A stretch of DNA of 31,008 nucleotides. It comes from Ginkgo biloba (taxonomy: Eukaryota; Plantae; Ginkgophyta). The position numbers and the translations under genes are program-made. The stretch is from positions 152,343,971 to 152,374,978 of the forward strand of contig JANKJI020000002.1 of the NCBI GenBank assembly GCA_024626585.2, read 5' to 3'. Position 1 is the stretch's first letter. Every line of letters begins with the position of its first letter. A model generated the notes under the pieces. That model did not search any database, was not told the DNA's origin, and was given only the letters and a program-made list of their open reading frames with translations. This document shows positions 1 to 10,401 of this stretch, piece after piece.

Positions 1-369
1 GCTTCCTCAGCGAGATCTTTTTCATTTTGTGTTCACTCTCCATCCAATCTTTGGATCTGCATTTAGCTCCTCGCTTAATTAAAACCTTGTGCTTTCCTTA
101 TCTCCTCAATAATGAAATCTCTTGCCTTGTCTTTTCATCCCATAACCAAATCCTTTAATGAGCTCTCCTTGTGTCTAATAATAGATTATGTTGCATTTGT
201 CCCATCAATGGGGTAATTCGATGCTCATTATTAGATGCCCCTAGTGACCTCCACAAACAAACCTTGCCAAAGTCATTGACGATTCACTCTAATGGTGACC
301 ATGACTTATCTTTTTTTTTGATCGAGTGAGTTCATTCCTGATGACAAGGAAGTACATGAAAATTCTTTG

Positions 370-3300
370 GTTCTTAGTAGAAAGATATGTCAGTTATATA
401 ATGAGCTACATGGTGTTCATCATAATTATAACCACCCACGATGTCTTCATGTAGCACATCTAATATATCTTCTAATATGACACATCTATGTAGTACCTTA
501 TCTTTTTCTAACTTGTATATATGCTTGTTGATGTAAGTATATGTGAGTGCCTTATGAGCCAAATACTTCCTTTAAGAGGTGGTGTATTAAGGAGGTGCCT
601 GGCCGATGGATAAGTATTCAGATATTTCTTGTAAGTCAAATGGGATAGGTTTCACCTTAAATAAGTGAACATCATGAATTTTTTCATTTTTTGTATTCTC
701 TATCCGTGACAAATGATTTGGTCTGACGTGTGATTTTCCTAGTTTTATAAATATTTCAAAATCATACTCCTAAAGGAGTATAATCCATCAACTCAACCAT
801 CATTGTTGAATAGGCTTGTTTACAATATACTTTAGTACTTGATGGTAAACATAGAATTCAAACTTATGTCCAAGCAAATAATGTCAAAATTTATGCACTA
901 AGTAAATCATTCCAAGCACTTCACATTTGGTTGTGGAGTAATTCATCTCTACCTTTCTCAACTTCCTACTTACACAGTATATGGGTTGATCAATATTTCC
1001 AGCCCTTGACTATGCCAAGATTGCACTAATTGCTACCGAGAAGGCATCTAGGTGAATGTGAAATTTTTTGTCCCATTTAGCAAATTGTAGAATATGTGCT
1101 TCTGCTAAGCTCATTTTCAAGAGTTCAAATGACTCTTGGAATTCTAATGTCTAGATAAAGGGGATATCCTTCTTTAGTAACTACTTCATTAGACCGATGA
1201 TCTTTGCATAGCATTTTATAAATATTTTATACTAACCAATGTGACCTAAGAATGTCTTGATCTAAGAGGGATTGGTCAAAACTGGAATCTCTAGGATTTT
1301 GGCTGGATCCACCATCATGTCATTCTTACGTATGATGTGTCCCAATAACTTCCCAAACAGGGTCAACATTAACACTTAACTGAATTAAGTGATATCCTCG
1401 TTTCTATACATTTATGTATCATGGTACATAACTACATAATATAATCTCTAACAAACCCGAATATAGACTAATCATCCAAATAAATTCTAAGGAATTAGAA
1501 TTTATGGATAAAGTCTTTAAAGAGCTTTGTAATTATTCACGAGAAAGTTGTAGGCATTGACTTGATATGCGAATGAACCCAACTCTATATCGAATGTAGT
1601 CTTCATTTGATCATCAACATGAATTTGGAATTGGTTATAGCTTAAGAAGTCATCAATGGAGTATATCTCTCTTCCAACCACATTCTCTAGTACTTCTTCT
1701 ATAAAGGGTGTTAAGAATGGACCCCTTTTTTGTTACAATGTTCAACTTTTGATAATCGATGCACATGTGTAGCTTTCTATTATTCTTTTTGGAAGTTGTA
1801 ATGGGTTAAACCCATTAATTTTTATCTATTAGATAGATGCATACATCTTCGAGTAGATTTGTATTCTCTTCTTTTACCATTTTCTTGTACTTAGGGTTCA
1901 TACGATAAGGTCTCTTCCTTACAGGTTTCTCACCATATTCTAACTCAATCCATAGTTTTTCTAACTTAGGAGGGATACCATTAATGTCCTTAAATATGTC
2001 TAAGCAAAGACATCAGAGTATTCATGGAAGAGATCATGCAACATGATGACTGTCCTTTTGTACTAATAGTTGTCAATCTTTATTTTTCTCCTTGGATATT
2101 TCATCTCCAGGTGTAGAATTATTTTTTTGTAAGGTTTATAGAATACACATATCAAATCATAAATGGGTTTTACTTCAAATCTTCCCATTCCTTGACTATA
2201 TCTTGTATGAAATGATTGAAAAATGTTATTACTATTTTGTCTCCTAGTACTTGGGCTAGGTAATATGTTTTAGATTTGATCAAGAAGGTGAAAACCTTCA
2301 TTCTTATTATAAGTTCCCCCATAATAGTGCTTGGTGGGGTGATATATTGAATACACAATTATATTAGATGATTTTGGGTTTGATCCCAACTTTGAATTTC
2401 TTTTTAAATTTATAGGTATGTATACATAATATGGATTCTAATGCATTTAGTTTAAACACATTTTTGTTCTTTTTTAAATTAATGACCCATTACTCCCATA
2501 TCATGCATGTAACCTCTAAGGACTAGATAGCGAAATAAGTACCATCATATTACAATTTTGCTTGTCATAACTTCCTTCAATCAAAATGAGTGATGAATAG
2601 TAATGATATATCATTCCATTCATGAAATTGATCCTGGTGATTGTGAAACCACCAACTTGCTTGCTTGCATAAGGTGGAGGCAAACACATCTATCTTTCAT
2701 TCCTTGGTAGTATCATAGGTGAAATATAAAAAATAATTTAGATGTTGTCGAGTATTTATTTTTTCGTCCAACACTCTTTGGAAGGTTTAACTCGTAGTAC
2801 ATTTTCATCATCTAGATCTTGATCTATGATGTGATAACTTTCAAAATAGTGGAGTTCATAAAATTCATCTTCCTATTCTCTAAGTACAGTGACAAAGTCA
2901 TCTCATTAAAAACCTATATATCTAAATCTAAGGATGGCATCATCATCAAGTTCCTTCTTCTCCTTATACCAAGCACAAAGATTCTCCACTCTAGTATTAG
3001 AGTCATCTTCTTTTGAAGAGATTTATGAAGAGATTTTTTATCTTTGATGATTTATAGAGGTTATTTATTATATTTTAGAGGCACATATAGCCATATGTTA
3101 CCCTATTTTAATTATATTTTTTCCTTTTCAAGGCTTATAAATCCTCTTATATCCTTTAACTATGATAATTATTGCTTTTGTTTGTAAGTTTAAGACTTTA
3201 AAATTCTGGAATGTTTCTATGCTACCACAATAAATTATAGTATTTAATAAAGTTCCTTTTGTTATGGCTAGGTGGTGATCATCCATTCAAATTATAACCC

Positions 3301-3430
3301 TAGATTTCACCATCTCAAGGCACCCCATCTCCTTCCACATTTTTATGGAGATGATGTTAACCTCAGATCCAAAATCTAGGATCACGTCTTTTACTTTTAA
3401 TCCATTCATCTTAATCATAACATATAGTTT
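370..3430 (-). mobile_element. Degenerate Ty3/Gypsy (non-chromovirus, Athila/Phygy-like) pol: protease, Gag-like insert, RT, RNase H, start of integrase
   Basis: Minus-strand translation gives motifs in Gypsy order. Protease VILDFGSEVNIIS (~3349-3387). RT: KPVRKRPYRMNPKYKK (~1880-1929), KLHMCIDYQKLN, PFLTPFIEEVLENV, DQMKTTF, YLDD (1471-1482), LLGHII..MMVDPAKI, FLGHIG*YKIFIKCYAKI. RNase H: KWDKKFHIHLDAF (~1041-1105), HQVLKYIVNKP, LL*EYDFEIFIKLGK..NHLSRIE. Integrase N-terminus: YKLEKDKVLHRC..HEDIVGGY (ORF 374-562). Many stops and frameshifts. Confidence 0.95.
2580..2790 (-). pseudogene. Gag (Retrotrans_gag/capsid-like) domain relic between protease and RT
   Basis: Reads LNLPKSVGR, then after a frameshift in an A-run INTRQHLNYFLYFTYDTTKE*KIDVFASTLCKQASWWFHNHQDQFHEWNDISLLFITHFD. 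This matches the Gypsy Gag pattern LPxFxG..P..HL..F....F..TL...A..WF......W..L...F...F. Confidence 0.7.
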
Positions 3431-3797
3431 GAAATATTTTATTTGGTGGTTCTATTTTATTAATGATGACTGAATCCCATTTATCAAGATCTTAATAAAG
3501 ATTAAAGAAGTGTAGCCTTATTGAGGTGCAACCTTCTCATAATTTGAAGGATCTAATTCTCCTTATTGTCTATTTGATTTTCATCCTACTCAAACTATTT
3601 TTAGTTTTCCATATATATANNNNNNNNNNNNNNNNNNNNNNNNNNNNNNNNNNNNNNNNNNNNNNNNNNNNNNNNNNNNNNNNNNNNNNNNNNNNNNNNN
3701 NNNNNNNNNNNNNNNNNNNTCTCGATATACAAAAGAAATAAGAAATGCTTACAACAATAAAAAATAGATGGTATAATCATAGATGTAAAAAAAATAC

Positions 3798-5142
3798 CTG
3801 TAGTTGTTGCATATTCTATAATGATATCAGTTATAAGTATCGCCAATAAGAAAAGGATGTCATTCAATTAAGGAGTTATATAGAAGTGAGAATATTTAGA
3901 CATCAAGAATATTTAGACATGCTCTAAATCCCATAAATTTAACAGAGTTGGGCATCAAATTATTTGCATTTTATTTACTATCTAGTATTTTTTCTCCACT
4001 TGAAGTCCACTAATTCAAGCTTATGACTCTATGAATCGTTCATCTGTAATAATCAAATTTTTCCATAATCAGCATAAACGAGAATATTACTACTTTAATG
4101 GATTAACCATTAAAATTCATTACCAATACCTAAGTTGATTATACGATATTGTAAAATAATGAAGTTCTAGTTATGCCTCAAAAATATTTTCTTGGCACAA
4201 AATACCTAGATAGTATTAAAAAATACCTTAGGTATAGACTTATTCATTCTTTAACAATTGGTGCTAAAATAAAGTACCTAATCACAAATATTGAGAGAAA
4301 CACTTTGTGATATATAGAGTATACTTTATAAAATGGCCTCTCAACTACATAACAAGGTTACCATGCATAACTGACACAAATAAGATTAATCCACAACAAT
4401 TATTTTAGGCTATAATCCATTCAATATATGAGCATTATAATGATCGTAACTAATTGACTTGTAAATAATAGAATTTGTATATTGATTTCCCACATTATTT
4501 AAGTGAATGGAATGGAATATCTGGTGCAAGATTAGATTCTAGATTCCATCTTATTAACACATTACATTATTTCTACATCACATAGAGACCTTTATAATGC
4601 CAAGTCTATCTTATAGAGTTAATATAAAAGGGAAAGAATCATAATATTAATTGTCAATAAAATTTAAATATCTAATATTTGTATTGTTACAAAAATAACA
4701 AGTGTAAGCTTATGATTTGTGCATAATTATTTCTAAAATGAACACAAATTCAATTTGAATATCCATACAAATAGATCAAAAAATGATGTTTCAATTATGA
4801 CCAGACATTAAAATCATTTATAATTTCATGTGATAATTATTTACATGATGTAACCTGTTTGTAGATTATGTAATTATATAAATTCCATAAGGATAAATTG
4901 TAATTATTATCTTATTTTAGGATTTATGATTTCATACTTAGAGCCTAGCATATATCATGATTATATTTTAGGAAATGCGACTATAGAGAAATGTAGAAAT
5001 CATCTAGCATGAATATTAGTAAAGTATAGAGTAGAGAAAAGAAATAATGATAATATTATAACCATTTTAAATGGAAAGAAGAACATGTTATTAATATTGG
5101 GATAATTTTTACCTTTAGGGAAGAAATACTACATCCATAACT
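3798..5142 (-). pseudogene. Possible decayed multi-exon gene of unknown product
   Basis: AG/GT-bounded segments separated by 72-132 nt AT-rich intron-like spacers can be chained in phase. In-frame stops are present and I recognise no homolog. Confidence 0.2.
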
Positions 5143-5295
5143 CTTAAAACACAAGGCAATGATAACAAAATATGTGAGTGAACTTTATTTATATAGAGAT
5201 GAATAAAGAAATTATTGTAAATTTTATAACATTTGTACTTGAATGTAGACTCCTCTACTTATAATTCTCTTATTTAAGGTGCTTATATAATAAAT

Positions 5296-5732
5296 CCCTT
5301 TCTAGGATTCTACTAAAATTCAAATCTAAGGAAATAGTGAAGTATTCCAAAATATATCATTTCAAAAATATTCTTAAAATATTTCTTCAATTTTGATATC
5401 ATTAAGGTATCATTACCTATTATTAAAAATCATCCACATATAGTACCATAAAGTTCACAGAATGTTTGTCTTGAACATTTATGTAGAGGTTTGAATCAAT
5501 TGGTGATCTCTCAAACCCATTCTTTAGAAAATACTAATCAATTTTTCAATACCAAACTCTAGTATCTTGCTTCAACCCATATAGATCATTATTCAATAAA
5601 AAAATTAGGTGTTTCTTACCCATCTCTACATAACTGGGTGGCTTCTTCATGTACGCATCCTCTCTCAAATATACAATTAGGAAAGCACTCTTCACATCCA
5701 TATAGTATAATTTTCATTTGAGCTAAGTAACT
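5296..5732 (-). mobile_element. Ty1/Copia reverse transcriptase fragment (pseudogenised)
   Basis: MDVKSAFL (5678-5701), YMKKPPSYV, LYGLKQDTRVWY*KID*YF, GFERSPIDSNLY, VLYVDD (YVDD 5429-5440) and FEMIYFGILHYFL are canonical Copia RT (RVT_2) motifs. Confidence 0.95.
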
Positions 5733-6109
5733 NNNNNNNNNNNNNNNNNNNNNNNNNNNNNNNNNNNNNNNNNNNNNNNNNNNNNNNNNNNNNNNNNNNN
5801 NNNNNNNNNNNNNNNNNNNNNNNNNNNNNNNNGAAATTTTATTTCAAGAAAGGAAAAAAAAAGAAACTAAAACACACAACTATAGGGGTACTTGTAGTTA
5901 GAGCTGAGTGTTTAGATGATAATTGAACCAGTCATCACAACTGTACACAAACATCAATAAGATATATCAAAAAATATGGAAAGTTTGGCTGGCAATGAGA
6001 GATGGTAGTATAGATTATAGATTGTGTTAAGCACATCTTACGTATCTATGTGCCGTGAATCTCCTGACCTAACTGAAAGTTTTTGTGTGTGTGTTTCTTC
6101 TGGATAAGA

Positions 6110-7160
6110 CCTTATCAATCTCCTTAGACTCTTATTAGTCCCTATATTCTTCTAGGATTGCCTGGATTCATCATTGGACATCTTCCCATCTCGTCGAGCA
6201 TAGATAAAATTGGTCCTCTTCTTTCAAGGGATGGTGCTGGTAATATAGGTTCATCTTATCTCAGAGGGCTGCCAAGTGTCCTTGAACCCTACCAAAAGGA
6301 TCCTATCACCTCTTAGGTCCTTAATGTAGGAGGTTCATTCCCTCAATTTCCCTCACCACCTTTTCTAATGCTAGCCAATTTTGAAAGAACATATCCCTAA
6401 TGGAAAATGGGAGGTGCGAGTAAGGTTTTTTATTGGCACGCTTGCACCTTCTCACCACCCTAAAGTTGCACTACATGGCCACCTTGTAGGCTACCAATCA
6501 ATCTAGAATATAATTAGGCAGGGTGGTAGGCGAGGTGAGTGCTCCTTCCATCTTAATGAGGGTGAAGTCCTCAAGAACCACCAAGCCCCTAAATTACTTA
6601 GATCATCCCTTATACGCTCTGAAATCCTAGGCATTTCCACCCTGTATGGCCCTGTACCCACCGAATAAAAGTGGTCATAGATGGTCATAGTGTGTTGGTG
6701 ATACTTGTAAGTATACAGGGCGACAATAATACATGGATGGGTGCCCTTGAGAGTTAGGCCATCTGGGAAATAGTGGGTGTCCAAAGGTTAGATACGTACA
6801 ACATGGATCTAAAATATAAGAAACCATGAAGAAACTCTTACCTTGTCGAGTGACCTCCCAGTTCCTATACAAGTTATAGGTAAGGATCTCTGTGAAGTTT
6901 AGATTTCTGTCATTGAGAATGATTTCCCNNNNNNNNNNNNNNNNNNNNAAAATTAGTTCACATGGTCATTGTCATCCACTCCCCTCAATTTGTTGAGTAG
7001 CACCATACCAATCCTTATCCCCTCTAAAATATGGGCTCTACACTTGAATGTATCTGGGTTCTTTACGTAATTATTTAGGACTCCCTTCACCATGTCCCTT
7101 CCCTTTAAGAAATCTTTGGCTAATTCTTTGTCATATACAAGGTCTGGTCATGGCATTCTA
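6110..7160 (-). pseudogene. Decayed retrotransposon accessory ORF (not gag/pol)
   Basis: Long coding-like frames with frameshifts: IGMVLLNKLRG, NFTEILTYNLYRNWE..SFFMVSYILD, MPRISERIRDDLSNLGAWWF, EDFTLIKMEGALTSPTTLPNYILD*LVAYKVA, KKPYSHLPFSI, DPFGRVQGHL..YYQHHP. From memory this resembles TE-associated hypothetical proteins of gymnosperms (not searched). Confidence 0.55.
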
Positions 7161-7260
7161 NNNNNNNNNNNNNNNNNNNNNNNNNNNNNNNNNNNNNNNN
7201 NNNNNNNNNNNNNNNNNNNNNNNNNNNNNNNNNNNNNNNNNNNNNNNNNNNNNNNNNNNN

Positions 7261-8321
7261 TATGTTGGTTGGTCGACGGGCATCAGCTAGAGAAAAATCG
7301 ACGAGTGCTGACATCAAAAGGACTAACGATGTCAGTAGAGGACCCATAGAAGATAGGGCACGTCGATAGTAAGTGAAGACTGACTTCATTGGTGAGGAAA
7401 GAAACTGACATTTGTCAATGAAGTGAATACCAACGCCGTCAGTAGAGAAAATTAATGAGCGTTGGGTGGCAGAAGACCAATAACGTTAGTGAAGCAACAA
7501 ACTGACATACGTTGGTAGAGGACTGACAGACCTCATCGGATGTCAATAAACTGACAGGAGGCAGCAAGGTAGAATCAGACTGACATCAGCCATAACTGAC
7601 AAAGGCAGGATCGACTTACGTCAGTGAGCCAAAATATAAGGTAGACATTGAAGGACGTCGATGGAGAAGAATTCTTTTATGAATGTTGTAGTCATTAATG
7701 ACAAAGATATTATAGAAATAAATACTCACCTAACCATATCATTGAAGTTGTAAGAGCTATTGAGCATGGAAATGAGGGATCTGTTGGATCCATGCCTATA
7801 AATATAGCCTACAAGAAGTCATTAGAGGAGATTTCCAGAGGAGAGTAACAAAGTGATGTTCGATTGTAGAGCGAATTAGAGCTTAGCCGAGTAGAGATAA
7901 TGCAGAAGAGAACTCATAATAAAGTGACGAGAAGATAGTTTTCCAGAGGAATAGAGTAAGACTAAGGTGAAGAAAATTTTTCTAAGATAGCTATGGGATA
8001 AGGATTCACTGAGTAGATTGCTGTGAGAGGCAACTCCTAAGGTGACCAATTCTATTCAGGTGTGGTTGCACCGTAGAGTTTATATGCATAAGTTTGAATG
8101 GTTTAATGTAAGGTTGTGAGGCTCATTTGTAAAGCCAATGGGAAAATTTATAGGATATGGGCTATCTTCTTCTAGCCAGTTAGCTGTGTATGTAAGGGAA
8201 ATTTCCCAGAAAGTTATTTGACATAATACATTTGGAGTTTTATTCCCTAAGAGGGTTTCTTCAGTTAAAAAATATCCTTGTGTAGCTTCTCATTTTCATT
8301 TCATGGTGGTGTATGATGTGT
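7261..8321 (+). mobile_element. LTR fragment, same family as 8488-9559
   Basis: Colinear similarity to 8488-9559: degenerate 25-bp units (7271-7660), aatactcacctaa block, gcctataaata TATA box and GGAGTTTTATTCCC motif (8231-8270). Both ends are lost in gaps. Confidence 0.8.
7797..7804 (+). promoter_or_regulatory. LTR TATA box
   Basis: gccTATAAATA at the position equivalent to 8947-8954 in the sister LTR. Confidence 0.65.
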
Positions 8322-8474
8322 NNNNNNNNNNNNNNNNNNNNNNNNNNNNNNNNNNNNNNNNNNNNNNNNNNNNNNNNNNNNNNNNNNNNNNNNNNNNNNN
8401 NNNNNNNNNNNNNNNNNNNNNTAAGTGGAATATTTTAAAGCTAAGGGCATGTAGAAGGACCTGCAACTTTTTCT

Positions 8475-8487
8475 AAGGAGAGGAGAT
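8475..8487 (+). other. Polypurine tract (PPT)
   Basis: aaggagaggagat lies immediately 5' of the LTR start TGATGCAGG at 8488. Confidence 0.8.
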
Positions 8488-9559
8488 TGATGCAGGAGCA
8501 TCCAGTACTCATCAAGTTAGTGGCTGACGGCCGTCAGTCAGGGCCAAAATCAACGAGCGCTGATGAAGAGCCAAGCTGATAGGTGCTAATGGGGAAGTGT
8601 AGATCTTGTCGGTAGGATATGAAAGAATGAAATCATCGGTGAAGACAAAAGTAGACACTATCAGTGGGAGCAACCGATGAAGCCTTGGAATTCAGGAAGG
8701 TTGATGACATCAGCAGAGGCAATTAGACCAACATCAAGAAAGATCGACAGGAGGCAAGATCAACTCGCATTGGTAAAGCCCAGTTGCATAACTGATAGGG
8801 TGAAGGGTGGTTATGATAAGGCAATTCTGTGAATGTGGCAGGCATTAATTATCAAAGTTGTTATAGAATTAATACTCACCTAATAGTACCGTTGAAGCGG
8901 GAAAGCTGTTATGCGCAGGAGCAGGAGAATCCGTTGGAGATCAGCCTATAAATAGAACCAGTGGAAATCACAAAGGGGGAGAGAGATGAAAATAGCAATG
9001 AAGTGCTATCGAATTATGGATTGAGTCAGCATCTGAGGGCCTGAAGTATAACATGGTTGGGCGAAGGGAAGTTCGCCAAGTTTACCATGGTACAAGGATT
9101 CGGAGGCCAGTTCACAGATTACGGTTAATCCAAAGAGTAAAGAAACCATGCTAATGAATGGCACCAAGGAATGCGCATGTTAATCATGCCGGGGCAGATG
9201 TGTGAAATCCGTGAGGCTATATTGTAAGCCGGTGGGCACTATGTAGGCCATGGGCTAATTTTATAAAGCTAGCTTGGTTGTGCATGTAAGGGCATTGGCC
9301 CAAGAAATTCATTTGAGGAATACACTTGGAGTTTTATTCCCCAAGACTAGTTCAAAATTTTCTTTGTGCATGTTTTAGTTGTGGTGGCTTGTTCTCTTGA
9401 TTTTATTCTGTTGTGTCATATTTTTTCTAGCGTGTAATTATCTATGAGAGTGGTGTTTATCGTTCTATCAAGGATCCTGTTAAAGTAGGGCCGGGTGGTA
9501 GAGTGAGTGGTAGTTCGCCTCTGTCCCCTCCTCCTTTCTCCTCTGCCCTACCTGCATCA
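8488..9559 (+). mobile_element. Complete 3' LTR (1072 bp)
   Basis: TG...CA ends with a perfect 9-bp inverted repeat (TGATGCAGG 8488-8496 / CCTGCATCA 9551-9559). Preceded by a PPT, contains a TATA box, and no PBS follows. Confidence 0.9.
8947..8954 (+). promoter_or_regulatory. LTR TATA box
   Basis: gccTATAAATAg inside the complete LTR, conserved in the sister copy. Confidence 0.7.
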
Positions 9560-9616
9560 TTAATCTATATAAGATATATATCATAATATTATACCTATTA
9601 TTTATGTATTAGATTT

Positions 9617-10301
9617 TGATGCAGGAGCAACTGGCACCCACAGTACCGGGTGACCGACGCTGTCAGTGGGAAGTAGGATCGACACCATCGGTGGAGAGTA
9701 AGATCGACACCGTCGATAGAGAGTAGGACCAACACCGTCGATGGAGAGAAGGACTGATGNNNNNNNNNNNNNNNNNNNNNNNNNNNNNGGAAAGTAAGAC
9801 TAATGCTGTTAGTGGGAAGAAAGACCGATGTCGTTAGTGGGAAGCAAGACTGACATTGTCGGTGGGAAGAAAGATCGATGCTGTCAGTGGGAAGTAAGAC
9901 CAACATCATCGATGGGTAGAAAATCCAACCTCATCGGTGGAGATAAAATTTGACCTCATCGATGGAGATGAAATCTGACCTCGTTGTTGGAGATAAAATC
10001 TAACCTCGTCNNNNNNNNNNNNNNNNNNNNNNNNNNNNNNNNNNNNNNNNNNNNNNNNNNNNNNNNNNNNNNNNNNNNNNNNNNNNNNCATCGGTGGAGG
10101 TAAAGACTGACCTTATCAGAGAAGGACCAAACTGACATCATCGGTGGAGCAGAGGATCAACATCATCGTTAGATCAGCAGACCGACATCATCAATGATAT
10201 AGCAAAATGACTTCGTCGATGAAAGGGAAAATTGACACTCGTCTATCAAGTGGATAGTGGACCTCATCAGTGATGAGAGAATCTGACATACGTCGGTAAG
10301 G
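9617..10301 (+). mobile_element. 5' part (U3) of another LTR of the same family
   Basis: Starts TGATGCAGGAGCA, identical to the first 13 nt at 8488. No PPT in front, and it runs into a gap. Confidence 0.8.
9652..10301 (+). repeat. 25-bp tandem array of about 26 units, with two sized N-gaps inside
   Basis: Example units: gaccgacgctgtcagtgggaagtag / gatcgacaccatcggtggagagtaa / gatcgacaccgtcgatagagagtag / gactgacattgtcggtgggaagaaa. Inferred consensus is GACCGAC-NNN-GTCGGT plus a 9-nt purine-rich tail. Confidence 0.92.
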
Positions 10302-10401
10302 NNNNNNNNNNNNNNNNNNNNNNNNNNNNNNNNNNNNNNNNNNNNNNNNNNNNNNNNNNNNNNNNNNNNNNNNNNNNNNNNNNNNNNNNNNNNNNNNNNN
10401 N

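Noticed and set aside
9652-10301. CRISPR-like look of palindromic units with variable tails
   Set aside because: The period is only 25 bp, the tails are ~9 nt and similar to each other, the repeats are degenerate, no cas genes are present, and the array sits inside an LTR.
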